Shown piece by piece: positions 29,766-47,519 of a DNA stretch of 64,000 nt. The first letter of the stretch is position 1. Each line of letters starts with the position of its first letter. Under the pieces are notes generated by a model. That model saw nothing but the letters and a program-made list of their open reading frames with translations, did not search any database and was not told where the DNA came from. This DNA is from the human T2T-CHM13v2.0 reference genome, Homo sapiens, in the NCBI RefSeq assembly GCF_009914755.1, contig NC_060929.1; one strand, given 5' to 3'. Made by a program: the position numbers and the translations under genes.

Positions 29766-31501
29766 TCAATTTTATTTGATAAGCTTTTATGTAAATGTTG
29801 TGTCTATATTCCAGGGAACTGGTATATGGTTTTAAAAATATTTTGTATTGCTTTATCATGTTTTGATAGAAGATAAGTTGGCAAGATAAAATCTATTATG
29901 GAGCTTACTATCATTTTTGTCAGGGATGAATGAGAATTGGTATTGATGATTTGGTAGTTATTTTCCCAGAACTCTGCGTAAAAATTCTAATAATGTTAAT
30001 ACTTACTCAAAACCATGTTCTTTATTATAATCAGAAGTTTTCTCAAGGCAAAACTATTCTTTAGAATGTTATGTTGTTCCTTAATAAGCCCAAACTCTTG
30101 CTCTCATCTTTCATGTCTTTTTAATGAGTAACTAGTACAAATTATATTTCATTAATATTTCCTACTTTAAAATCCTTATAGCTGTGAAAATGTCCTGAGA
30201 ATAAAGAGGTTTAAATTATTATTTTCCTTGTCTAGTTAGTATAGCTTTCTGTCTTTGGTACTTTTGGTGTCTGCCAAATATTTCACCTAATACTTTGTAA
30301 CTGTTTATCAGTGTATATTTTGGACTCAAGAATGGAGAACCCAATTCCATCTTTAGGTATTGTATTTACCCTGGTGAAAAGAAGCAACACGAGTAGTTGG
30401 TTGATACATTTGCACTGCCAAATTAAAACCATGAATACTACTTTTCCTTTCAATAAAAGAGTTTTGCTCTTAATAGCACAAAAATATTTGTCACTGTCCC
30501 TAAGTGGAAAATTATTATATAAAAATTATTTTCATTTAATGTTTTTATTCCAACTGCAACACACTTTAAAATTTATAATAACCAAATGTTCACAAAATAA
30601 TTTAAAAAGAATTTTTGTGTAATTTAAGAAAAAGCACTTTCCCTGTATTCTTGCCTATGCATTTTCCTTCAGAAAGTTGAGATTTCAAGAGAGAAGAAAT
30701 TGTAGATTTAATTTTCTGTGCAAATAAAATATAGTGTATCAATTTTGGGACACTTTAAGTTGCTCTAATAAGACTTCTTGAATCATTGAATTCAATCTCA
30801 GCATAATTTACTTTAGGAAATGCTAAGCAAATGTTATTAATCACTCAGTATATTATGTCATGTGCCTTCAATCATGTTTTTATTTTATTTAAAATGTTTG
30901 GAATAAAATTGCATTATGAGCTCATTCAAGACTTGGGGGAAAACATGAATTTCTCAAAAATACTATGAGCCAAATTTAAATACGTATTAATGCAAATATT
31001 CTTTCGCTGTTATTGAGTGAAATGCAAAGTCATTGCTTTCCTATACTTATTGAGATGACAACCAGGCCAGCTGTAAGTTTTGATTACATATTTAGAATAA
31101 AGTTATTTGATAATTAATACTAGATTAATTTACTCATCAAGATGAAATAGGAATGTTTACTCTTAATGGGGTAATATTGTTTTGTCTTGATTTAAGTTAG
31201 ACTTTTCTCAGTATTATGGGAAATCTCATAATGGGACACACAAATATAATGGGAAATGGGAGTTACCCGATCTTACTTCCTGTGGAGATGAGAGCAGAGA
31301 ACAGAAGTTAACAATGTTCCACGAATGACAACAAAATCAAAGAAGAGGAAGATAATGAGCTAAGTAGGGGAGTGAGAGGCAAAAGTGAATCTGGAAAATG
31401 AGGCCAATGGATCAGTGGTACAACAACAAGAATGACACGAAGCATACACTGTGATGGAACCATGAGATCAGAAGAATGATGGAAAATCCTAGCATATAAG
31501 A

Positions 31502-31573
31502 TAAAACTATAGTTTTAGGAATTTAAGAGACTGTTGAGTCTCTTAAATATAGCCACCTAAGGTGGGCTATATT
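31502..31573. repeat. Three abutting short inverted repeats
   Basis: TAAAACTATAGTTTTA (perfect 16-bp palindrome); ATTTAAGAGACT-GTTG-AGTCTCTTAAAT (12-bp stem); AATATAGCCACC-TAA-GGTgGGCTATATT (12-bp stem with one bulge). Confidence 0.9.
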
Positions 31574-31769
31574 GGTCTCTATTAAGTTGTGTGAATGACT
31601 CAGATGTATTTACAGGTTATGGCATAGGAAAAGGCAAAAACAACTTTTCTACCATTAAGATTCACTGACACCAATGGTGATTAGGCACACTGACGAATTG
31701 CCATTTTATTAACAGTAACTCTCTGCATATCTTGCACACAGCACAGCCTAAAACTGTTGAAAATTTTAT

Positions 31770-32060
31770 ATCCCAGGGAATGCTCTCAATCATAGATTGA
31801 CCCTAATGACAGATAAATACTGTAGCATAACTGCAGGTTGGGGGCCAAGTCTAAGGTCAATTCTACATAGTTCTTTAAATAGTTCCCAAAAAGATGAAAT
31901 CCTTGTTCAATAACTAAGCTGCTTATCAATGTGCTCTTGAAGGCTTTCCTCCATTTCCTCTCTAACTTTCCCATTGCCTCACTTGTGCTTCCAATGACCA
32001 CCTTCCAAATAAACACAAATCTTTGAGTTCCTGTATGTTTTAGGAGTATTTAAGCTATGT
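31770..32060 (+). mobile_element. LTR16-like ERVL LTR fragment
   Basis: CCCAGGGAATGCTCTC...CCTCACTTGTGCTTCCAATGACCACCTTCCAAATAAAC resembles the LTR16 3' region. Confidence 0.55.
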
Positions 32061-33883
32061 ACTGACAAATAAAAGACAAAGTAAAAATGTCAAAACTAAT
32101 TAATTTTTTATTAATTCCAGTATTTAATATAATTATTACTATAAGATAAAGAGTGATTGGCTTTGACCATTTTACCTTTAGAAAATGAATTCAGATCACT
32201 TGCCTTGATCTAGTTTCTTTTTAGTATATCCAAATACAAAAAAAAAATCTTTTTTTTTGCTACAACTATTAGAATGGGAAAAAAATACATATTCTTTTAG
32301 GTTTCCATTATTTCGAGGAGAAGGGATTCCTCTGCATTCAAAAAATAAGGTTGCTCTTGGTTTTACATAGCATCAACAAAATGTCAATGGTAGCTTCATA
32401 TAGAATCAATGAAACATTAGCAAGGCCTCCAAAAAGTAGGTTAGTCTGAAAGCATACTCTCAATAGCTGTATAAATATGACACCAGGTTAGAGAAAAATG
32501 ATCAAAATATTTTTAAGTTAAACATTTTTAAAGTGTTAAAAATGATACAAAGGAAAGTTTAAATTACAAATGATGAGTCTTAAGTAACATTATTAGATAT
32601 TTAATTTTCTTCTAAAAGTATATGCCTATGAAATAGATAATGTCAATATTATACTCATTGAAAGTCTTCAAACATAATTTTTTATTTGCTTTTTTCTTTT
32701 CACTTGAAAATTTTTACTTATGAGAACTATAATTTGTTGCTCTTTTTAAGATTATAACTAAAGTTATTTCCTAGCCACATAGCCTGTCCAACAGTAGGCT
32801 TAAATCTCTTCCAGGCATTGTTGGTATAAACTGTTTGCCTACAGAAACCCAATCATTGTCGAAAAAAACCTCCAATACATCTATAATCTTATCTTGAATA
32901 GTGTCGTTCATATTTCCTTTATCAAGTATAGTTTACCTGATATAACGTAACTATTGAACTTTTAAATCATAGATAATCCTTTCACACTCACACTCTTTCA
33001 AAAAATTCTAAGGTTTTCTTGTGAATTAAGGAAAATAAATTATAGGAACTCATTGGCAACAGTAGTCTATTAATGTATTACAAAGCTGCAAATTAATGAA
33101 ATTTGAATCATCTTCATTTTACATGCAACCAACTCATTGAATCTTTTTTGGAAGTTAAGAATCAAGATGTGGGAGATTGTAATGTTTCAAATGCAATTAT
33201 GAAATGTTTGTTTTAAACCCACTAATTAATTAATGAGCCTATCCTTTGATGTTTATGAGCATTATTTTGTAAATCAATTTTTGACTATTTTTCCTTGCAA
33301 GTTGTTTCATTTGTTATAAGCCAAGTCATAATTTATTGTTAACGCACTTTGCAAAAAGCAGGAAAGAATTTGTTCCCATTTGAAATCAACTTAAAATAAG
33401 TAACAACAGTCTATAATTAAAGATGAGGTAAGAATACATATTTGGAAATTTTAAAAAAATAATAGATAAAATAAAGATTCCAATTGAGATGGTGCAAGAA
33501 TCAGAAATGGTTACAATAATACAATATTTTGATCTTCCAAAATAATGATTTTTTATTGCCAATGCCATTTTACAAAGAGGCAACATCATTAGGCAGCTAT
33601 TTTTGCATATGTGAGATGAAACATTATGCCTTTTCTTTTCTTCAAAACTTTATTTTCAAAAGAATGCTTTATATGTTGAAAAGGGTAGTGTTGCAAAGCG
33701 TGGTGAAGAAAAACACTTTTTGTTTCCTAATTTACAAATGAAAGTATGGAGTTTTAATCAGAAGTTTAATATCTCCTATGCAAGCTAAACACATAATTTT
33801 TATATTCCATTATATAAGTTTGTATTTCTGTTTCAAAGACTAAAGTTATCAGCATGAAAATATGTTCTCAATAGTCGTAATAA

Positions 33884-34150
33884 GTCATTCTTTTACTCAA
33901 GAAATTTGAGTACTTATATAATGCCAGACATTTTTCAAAGTACTGGGGATACTGCAAATAAAACTAAGTGAACACTATCTCTGCATTCTGGAATTTATAC
34001 TGTAGTTAAAAGAGACATACAATAAACAAATATATGATATCAGATGGAGATGAGAGTTACAGATTGAAATAAAGTAAAATAATGGGCATAAGGCATGCTG
34101 GGCATAAAGGAGGCTGCTACAAGATCTGTAAGGTGACAAAAAAAGACTCC
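33884..34150 (-). mobile_element. L2 3'-end fragment
   Basis: TCATTC...TTTGAGTACTTATATAATGCCAGACATT...TACTGGGGATACTGCA. Confidence 0.65.
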
Positions 34151-34169
34151 ATTAATGCCACAAAAATGT

Positions 34170-34650
34170 TCCCATTCATATTCATTCTAGTAATTTAATT
34201 TTTATACCCTTTACTAGCTTTAATTATTTTAATTTACCTTTGCTAATGAAATAAAAGTTTATTTCCCAAAGAGCTGTTACTCAACACCGTACATTGAATA
34301 AGCTATCTTTTCTGTATTTATATCAATTACTGACTTCACCACAGGCTAAATCTCAAAAGTACATAGAGATGCACTTTTGATTTTTTTTCAGTATCTACTT
34401 GTCTATTTTTGTGCCAAAACCATACTCTTTCAATAACTCTAACTTTATAATATAAATTGATTTCTTGTAGGATAACACTAACCAAATTTATAAACATTGA
34501 ATACTATTTTTCTTTCAAATGAACCTGAGAATCAGATTTTCAAATTTTGTAAACTGCCTTGTTAGAATTAGAATTGAAATTGTACTATATTTACATAGTA
34601 ATTAGAGGAAAAACTGTGTAAAAATGATATGATACTATTTCCTAAGTTTT
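34170..34650 (-). mobile_element. Ancient L1M (L1ME-like) ORF2 fragment
   Basis: Degenerate antisense ORF2 text (TGTCTATTTTTGTGCCAAAACCATAC; TTTCAAATGAACCTGAGAATCAG). Confidence 0.55.
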
Positions 34651-35985
34651 TTTAACTCACACTTAGAATTCTGGTAACAGGGTGGCTGGCAAGATGGCCA
34701 AATAGGGACAGCTCCAGTCTGCAGCTCCCAGCAAGATTAACGCAGAAGGTGGGTAATGTCTGCATTTCCAACTGAGGCACCCAGCTTATCTCACTGGGAC
34801 TGGTTAGACAATGGGTGCAGCCCACAGAGGGAGAACAGAAGCAGGGTGGGGTGTTGCCTCACCATGAAAGCACAAGTGATCAGGGAACTCCCTCCCCTAG
34901 CCAAAGGAAGCCATGAGGGACTGTGCCATGAGGAATGGTGCACTCCAGCCCAGATACTATGCTTTTCCCATGGTCTTTGCAACCTGCAGACCAGGAGATT
35001 CTCTAAGGTATGTACACCACCAGGGCCCTGGATTTCAAGCACAAAGCTTGGCGGCCATATGGGCAGACACCGAGCTAGCTGCAGTTTTTTTTTTCCATAC
35101 CCTAAGGGCGCCTGGAACACCAGTGAGACAGAACCATTCACTCTCCTGGGAAGTGGGCTGAAGTCAGGGAGCCAAGGGGCCTAGCTCAGCAGATCCCACC
35201 CTGACGGAGCCCAGCAAGCTAAAATCCACTGGTTTGAAATTCTCACTGCCAGCACAGCAGTCTGAAGTCAAGCTAGGATACTGGAGCTAGGTGGGGGGAG
35301 GGGCTTGAGTAGGCTGTTTTCCCCTCACAGTGTAAACAAAGCAGCCAGGAAGTTCTTACTGTGCAGAGCCCACTGCAGCACCACAAATCCTCTGTAGTCA
35401 GACTGCCTCTAGATTCCTCCTCTCTGAGCAGGGTATCTCTGAAAGAAAGGCAGCAACCCTAGTCAGGGGCTTATAGATAAAACTCCCATCTCCCTGGGAC
35501 AGAGCATCTGGGGGAAGGGGTGGCTGTGGGTGCGGGTTCAGCAGACTTAGATGTTCCTGCCTGCCAGCTCTATGGATCTCCCAGCACAATGCTTGATCTC
35601 TGCTAAGGGACAGACTGCCTCCTCAAGTGGGTCCCTGAATCCTGTGTCTCCTGACTGGGAGACACCTCCCAGCAGGGGTCAACAGACACCTTATACAGGA
35701 GAGCTCCAGCCAGCATCTTGTGGGTGCCTCTCTGGGACAAAGACTCCAGAGGAAGGAACAGGCCGCAATCTTTGCTGTTCTGCAGCCTCCACTGGTGATA
35801 CAGGAAAACATGGTCTGGAGTGGACCTCCAGCAAACTCCAGCAGACATGCAGCAGAGAGGCCTGTTAGAAGGAAAACTAATAAACAGAAAGAAATAACAG
35901 CAATATCAACCAAAAGGACATCCACACAAAAACTCCATCCAAAGCTCACCAACATCAAAAACCAAAGGTAGATAAATCCATGAAA

Positions 35986-37009
35986 ATGAGAAAAAACCAG
36001 CGCAAAAGAGTTGAAAATTCCAAAAACCCGAATGTCTCTTCTCCTCCAATGGATCACAACTCCATGCCAGCAAGGGAACAAAACTGGACAGAGAATGAGT
36101 TTGACGAATTGACAGAAGTAGGCTTCAGAAGGTGGGTAATAACAAACTCCTCTGAGCTAAAGCAGCACGTTCTAACTCAATGCAAGGAAGCTAAGAACCT
36201 TGAAAAAAGGTTAGAGAATTGCTAACTAAAATAACCAGTTTAGAGAAGAACATAAATGACCTGATGGAGCTGAAAAGCACAGCACAACAACTTTCTGAAG
36301 TATACACAAGTATCAATAGCTGAATCAATCAAGTGGAAGAAAGGATATCAGAGATTGAAGATCAACTTAACGAAATAAAGGGTGAAGACAAAATTAGAGA
36401 AAAAAGAATAAAAAGGAACAAACAAAGCCTCCAAGAAATATGGGACTATGTGAAAAGGCCAAATCTACATTTTATTGGTGCACCTGAAAGTGATGGGAAA
36501 AATGGAAACAATTTTGAAAACAGTTGTCAGGGTATTATTCAGGGGAACTTCCACAACCTCACAAGGCAAGCCAACATTCAAATTCAGGACATACAGAGAA
36601 CACCACAAAGAAACTCCTCGAGAAGAGCAACCCTAAAACACATAATTATCAGATTCACCAAGGTTGAAATGAAGGAAAAAATGTTAAGGGCAGCCAGAGA
36701 CAAAGGTCTGGTTACCCACAAAGGGAAGCCCATCAGACTAACAGCTAATCTCTCTGCTGAAACCATAAAAGCCAGAAGAGATTGAAGGCCAATGTTCAAA
36801 ATTATTAAAGAAAAGATTTTCAACCCAGAATTTCATATCCAGTCAAACTAAGCTTCATAATTGAAGAAGAAATAAAATCCTTTACAAACAAGCAAATACT
36901 GAGAGATTCTGTCACCACTAGGCCTGCCTTACAAGAGCTCCTGAAGGAAGCACTAAATATGGAAAGGAAAAAGGGGTACCAGCCGCCACAAAAACATACC
37001 AAATTGCAA
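35986..37009 (+). pseudogene. L1 ORF1, disrupted
   Basis: Fragments MRKNQRKRVENSKN... and ...QSLQEIWDYVKRPNL..., with frameshifts and stops. Confidence 0.9.
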
Positions 37010-37071
37010 AGTCCATTGACACTATGAAGAAACTGCATCAACTAATGGGCAAAATAACCACTAGAATCATA

Positions 37072-40984
<3,913 letters not shown>

Positions 40985-41183
40985 ACAATGAGAACACATG
41001 GACGCAGTGAGGGGAGCTTCACATACCAGGGCCTGCCTGGGGGTAGGGGGCTAGGCGAGGGAGAGCATTAGGAGAAAGACCTAATGTAGATGACAGGTTA
41101 ATGTGTGCAGCAAACCACCATTGCATGTGTATACCTATGTAACAAACCGGCACGTTCTGCACATGTATCCCAGAACTTAAAAG

Positions 41184-41230
<47 letters not shown>
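41184..41230. repeat. (AAT)n microsatellite derived from the L1 tail
   Basis: ~15 perfect AAT units directly after AACTTAAAAGT. Confidence 0.95.
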
Positions 41231-41231
<1 letters not shown>

Positions 41232-41449
41232 TCTGGTAACATCTCTTCTTTCCAAAATCAGCTGGTATTGATGAAAAACAGATAGATGTGTCTTTCATAT
41301 AAATAAATAATTAAATAAGTGAATAAATATATGCATATGTAGATACACACACAACTGGTATAACATCAGAAAAAAACTGTGAAAAATACCTAACATGTCA
41401 TTTTAAATGCTTTATTTGTTCATTTTCCTTTATTAAATTTTTAACTCTG

Positions 41450-42030
41450 TAGGATTGCTTTTTGTTTGCTTTTTACTTAGGAGTCATTTTGTGTGTCCTG
41501 TGAATTTGAAGTTTCATATCTTTTTCTGCTCTGGATTATTTTGTTTTCTTCTTCCCCTTCTCTCTCTTCCTCCTTTGCATTTTCTGGGTCCTTTCTTTTT
41601 ATAATTTTTATTAGACATACATTAGAATATTACCTCTGTGTCGATTAACTTTTTTTCACATTTTTAATCTTTGTTCATTTTCAGTGCTCTCTAAGGCAAT
41701 TCCTTGGCTCCCTCCTCCAGTTCACTCTTTTTATCTTCAGCTGTATCTCTTCTACTAATTAGTTCTTCCATTGAGATTCATTTAATTATAATCAACCTAT
41801 GTTTCTACAGCAACATTTATTAATTTTTTTGAATAATTATTTAAATATGATATCTTCTCAAATATCTCAATGGATGGTAAATAGATACATACAACTTTTT
41901 TATTTTTCTTTATTCTTTTATTCTGTTTTGGTTTTTGTTTGTTTGTTTGTTTGGTTTAGTTTGGTGTTCTTTTTCATTGTGTTTTACTTCCTAAAAGCAT
42001 TCTTGATTCTTGTTTGCCTGTTCATATTTG
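41450..42030 (-). mobile_element. HAL1/ancient L1 ORF1-region fragment
   Basis: T-rich antisense text TCCTCCAGTTCACTC...TCTTCAGCTGTATCT...CTTCCATTGAGATT. Confidence 0.5.
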
Positions 42031-42465
42031 AGACTTAAAGCCTAGATTAAGTATTGGTATCTGGAATTTATTTCCCCTTCCTATTTGGGAATTCTTGGAA
42101 CTTGGATATATTGTCTTATGTCTCAGGAAGGGTCTGGTACCAATTCTGGGAACACATGATATCAAGAACATTTACTTTAGAGGGAAATATTTTTATATTT
42201 ATCTTACAGGCAAACTCCACTGTCAGTCAAGGACTGTTTCTCCCCTACTTCATATCATCCCCAGCCCACACCATTATTTTCAATTAATTTAGGCTCTGAT
42301 ATACTTCTCTATGGCCCAAAAGTCACACTTGAAGTATTAAGATAATGTTTTCATATTGTTTAGAACTTAATATCAGGTCTTTATTACAGATTACATAGGC
42401 CAAAAGCTTAATAGCTACAGGCCAGTGCTAATTATTTATCTATGAATCTATGCGTGTATGTACGT

Positions 42466-42514
42466 ATGTATCTATCTATCTATCTATCATCTATCTGTCA
42501 TCTATCTATCTATC

Positions 42515-42553
<39 letters not shown>

Positions 42554-42562
42554 ATCTATCTA
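42466..42562. repeat. Compound (TATC)n/GATA tetranucleotide STR
   Basis: TATC runs interrupted by ATC and TGTC units. Confidence 0.95.
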
Positions 42563-42601
42563 TAACCCAATAGTTACATAGTCCAGTACTCTAAATACAA
42601 A

Positions 42602-42692
42602 TTTTTTTTAATTTTATTATTATTATACTTTAAGTTTTAGGGTACATGTGCATAATGTGCATGTTTGCTACATATGTATACATGTGCCATGT
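42602..42692 (-). mobile_element. Very short L1PA 3'-terminal insertion (~90 bp)
   Basis: TTATTATACTTTAAGTTTTAGGGTACATGTGCA...TATGTATACATGTGCCATGTT. Confidence 0.88.
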
Positions 42693-43331
42693 TAATTCAC
42701 TACTTCTGACGAGCAGTAGAGACTCTTTCTGCTATTTGTATTTGTTGACTCTGATCAGGTAGTTTTTCTGAGGTTTTTAAAAAGATCAATTTTCCCTCTC
42801 TCATCTAGTCTGATGTTAGTAACTTTCCTATCTATGCCTGTTTTTTCAGTAATAGCATATATCACACAACGTGATGCACTCAGTAAACATTGTTTTAAAA
42901 GTGAAAACCTGAACCTTAACCCATTTTTAATCCATTTTATTTTCACATGTGCTCTTTCTAGTGTTTCAAGGCTTCTTGCCACCTGACACTCATTTTTACT
43001 CTCTGACTCTTATTGATGCCATATTATTTTCATTCATGTTTTTATATTTTACAATGTATTTACATATCTATAAGTGATATATGCCACTTTCATGTGTTCT
43101 TGCATTTTACCTAAATTGTATCATACCAAACTTAATGTTTCTACTAAAATTTTGAAAAATTTTCCATGAGGATACATTTATACCTAGTTCACTCAATTCA
43201 ACTATGTGATAACTTGTTCTCAACTATTCTACTGAGCATTCAAATGTTTCCTATTTCCCCCAATATAACTAAGACTTTAACCACATCATTTATGCTTTTT
43301 TGTGCACATCTGCAAGAGCTACTTGAAATCG

Positions 43332-44553
43332 TCAGTTCTCAAATTTTGATCTGGGAGTTCTGGAAGTACCCAAGATTCTTTAAGGGCATCCATAAGGCTA
43401 AAAAAATTATAATAAAACAGATAATCCTTTGCCTTTTTCACTTTTCATTTTTTCATACTATACAACTAAAATTTCATACTATACATTTGGAAGATTTGCA
43501 TGACCCAGTAAGCCAATATTTTCCAAATGCCCAATAGGTGAAGTTATAAAATTATGCATGAGTATAGACTTATTCATAGCACAAGAAAGGTTGTTTCTAC
43601 ATCTTTGCTATTGTTAATAATGCTGTAGTGAGTATGGGTGGCGCAGAACTCTTTTTGACGTTCTGATTTCAATTCATTCGGATATTTACTCAGTAGTAGG
43701 ATTTCTGGATCAATGGGCACAAAGTTTCAGTTAGAAAGGTGTAATAAGTTTTGGTGTTCTGGTACATAGTATGGTGGCTGTGGCTAATAATCATGTATTA
43801 CACATTTCTAAATAGTTAAAACAGAGGATTTTAAATGTTCTCATCACAAAGAAATGATAAATATTTGAGGTGACGAATATGCTAGCCTGATTTGGTCATT
43901 CCACAATGTATACACATATATTAACATCATGGTACCAAAGAAATACATAAAACTATTATTTTCAAATTAAAAAATTTTTAAAACAAAGTAACGGATTTTA
44001 GTGTAAAAGTGTCCAAAATATTTATTGACATGGCTACAGTTTCCATGGGAGTAAGCATTTTTAAGGAACTATTTATTGAGTCCTACTAATTGGGTTTTGA
44101 TATAGTATAATAGTACATCGTATAAAAAGAATATCCATAATTATATAAAAATATTAAAATACTCATTCCTTTAGCAAATACATATCTATGTGGGACCAGA
44201 TTTTCTTCATATAGTTCAACCAGAACAACATATTGAATCAGAATTATTGCAGAGGCAGCTATGTGAATCCAACCATCTCCTATTAAACCAGATGAAAAGA
44301 TATAAACAGTGCCACTGTTCTCACTATTTTTTTTATTTTGGAAAAAGTATTTTTCATAAAATATGTCATTTTAAAAAGTACCAGATTTACTATGCGATTT
44401 TAAAATAAATTAATAAATGAAGTTTATCAGGTTTAACTTCTGTATGGTAAATGTTGACATATATAATTCACAAAAATAAAACTTCTTAAGGCCTTCAAAA
44501 ATTTTTCAGAGTTTAAAGGTGTCCCGAAACAAAAAAAAAGTTTGAGAATTGCT
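43332..44553. mobile_element. Charlie1-family hAT DNA transposon remnant, interrupted by an L1MA
   Basis: Inverted termini CAGTTCTCAAA... and ...TTTGAGAATTG; Charlie1a-like subterminal text (TTTGCCTTTTTCACTTTTCATT; AATTTTTCAGAGTTTAAAGGTGTCCCGAAAC). Confidence 0.75.
43589..43978 (+). mobile_element. 5'-inverted L1MA 3' end inside Charlie1
   Basis: 43589-43712 antisense ORF2 end; 43712-43978 sense L1MA 3' UTR (CAAAGTTTCAGTTAGA...GAGGATTTTAAATGTTCTCATCACAAAGAAATGATAAAT). Confidence 0.8.
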
Positions 44554-44791
44554 CTTCCAAGGGTATACACTTAGCAGTGGAAATGATGAGGTGTAAGATA
44601 TGCACTGATTTTAGCAGATATTGGAAAAATATTCTTCAGTACTGTTATACCAAATATAATGCCACCATTCACAAAGATTCTTAGTTTTTTATTTTCATAT
44701 CATTGCCAATATTCGGAATATTGGGAAGTTTTATTTTTCAATATGGTGGGTGTGAAATGACATATAATTGTTTTACTTTATATTTCTCTGC

Positions 44792-45727
<936 letters not shown>

Positions 45728-46199
45728 CTAGCAATCAGATGTGCTAATCATGGTTAACCCAATGTGTTAAATGGATGAAGATTGGGAACGAAGGCTGTGT
45801 CAGTGCTCACTTGCCACACAAGGATGAAGCATACTCAAAGACTCCCCAAAACCCCTTCACGTTCCAAGAGGGATAATCAGTAGATAAAAACTTTAAAACC
45901 AAAAACGTTTTATAAGGGACACACTCTACTTACTGATATGTGTGAATGCAAACCTGAAGGTCTCATTTGGAATGTGAAGGTGTTTGTGGAATTCCTGAGC
46001 AAGCTTCACTCTCACTCTATATATAAGCTTCACTCTATATATATTTATTTGTGGAATTCCTGAACGAGCTTCACTCTATATGTAGCTAGTTAATACAAAT
46101 ACAAACGAAATTAATCACATGAAAGCAAAACTTATTTTTTAAAAGAAAAAAACATGGACTTTTTAAAATCTAGTAATATAGGCAATGAGATTCAAGAGG

Positions 46200-46445
46200 A
46201 TGTGACATCCATTAAGTTATAATGTTGCAGCCATAAAAAGAGTATGCTTGTTACTAAGGGCACAATTGTTGAATCATAGGATATGTTTAGTTTAGTAAAT
46301 AAACTAAACAAACTTTCTTTGCAAGTGGCTATATCATTTTGCATTCTGATCAGCAAAGAATGACAGTTTCTTTTCCCGCACATCCTTGCTGGCAGTTTTC
46401 GATTTTAGCCAATTTAATATGTCTGTAATGGTACCTCATTGTTGC
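46200..46445 (-). mobile_element. L1M fragment
   Basis: TGCAAGTGGCTATATCATTTTGCATTCTGATCAGCAA...CACATCCTTGC. Confidence 0.7.
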
Positions 46446-46474
46446 TTAGATCATTTTAATAGACAGTCAGATAT

Positions 46475-47410
46475 TTTTTTGTGTCTATATCCAGTAATGA
46501 AATTGCTAGGTCAAATGGTATTTCTGTCTTTAGGTCTTTCAGGAATCGCCACACTGTCTTCCACAATGGCTGAACTAACGTACATGCCCATCAACAGTGT
46601 ATAAGCTTTGCTACTTCTCCGCTACATCACTGGCATTTTTGACTTGTCAATGGTAGCCATTCTGACTGGTGTTAGATGGTATCTCATTGTCATCTTGTTT
46701 TGCATTTCTCTAATGATCAGTGATGTTGGGCTTTTTACATATGATTGTTGGCTGCATGTATGTCTTCTTTTGAAAAGTGTCTGTTCATGTTCTTTGCCAA
46801 ATTTTTATGGGGTTGCTTGGGTTTTATTCTTGTAAATTTGTTTAATTGCTTACAGATGCTGGATATTCGATGTTTGTCAAATGCATAGTTTGCAAAAATT
46901 TTCTCCCAGTCTGTAGAGTGTCTGTTTACTTTCTTGATAGTTTCTTTTGTAGAGCAGCTCTTTAGTTTAATTAGATCCCAATCAACCTAAATGCCTATCA
47001 TTGATAGACTGCATAAGGAAAATGTGGTACATATTTACCATGGAACACTATATAGCCATAAAAAAGAATGAGATATTGTCCTTTTTCAGAACATGGATGG
47101 AGCTGGAGGCCATTATCCTTAGCAAACTAACATAGGAACAGAAAACTAAATACTGCATATTCTCACTTATAAGTGAGAGCTAAATAATGAGAACACATGG
47201 ACACATAGGAGGGAACAACATACATTGGGGCCTTTCAGAGGGTGGAGGGTGGGAGAAGGGGGAACATCAAGAAAAATAACTAACAGATACTAGGCTTAAT
47301 ACCTGTGTGATGAAATAATCTGTGCAAAACCCCCATGACACAAGTTTACCTGTGTAACAAACCCACACTTATACCCCTGAACTTAAAATAAAAGTTTAAA
47401 AAATAAAAAA
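46475..47410 (+). mobile_element. 5'-inverted (twin-primed) older L1PA (approx. L1PA13-16)
   Basis: 46475-46980 antisense ORF2; 46980-47410 sense 3' end with A tail. Confidence 0.87.
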
Positions 47411-47519
47411 TAGAGGGCAGAATAAACTCAACTAAAAATAAAAATATTCATTTAGAAGGTTAGCTCAAATATTTCAATTGTTGTCAAGATCAATAGCAAA
47501 AAGAAATGAAATGAAAAAT

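Noticed and set aside
41019-41298. Poly-Ile and poly-Tyr ORFs
   Set aside because: Translations of the (AAT)n L1 tail on the minus strand
42602-42692. Short L1 tail as the missing 3' end of the tail-less L1 at 44792-45677
   Set aside because: It lies 2.1 kb away across older Charlie1/L1M sequence and ~160 nt of L1 would still be missing; a separate insertion is simpler
45983-46082. Repeat-spacer-repeat pattern resembling a mini CRISPR array
   Set aside because: Only two full copies, the spacer is made of partial copies of the repeat, the context is eukaryotic and there are no cas genes; same for 38944-39100 and 60197-60327
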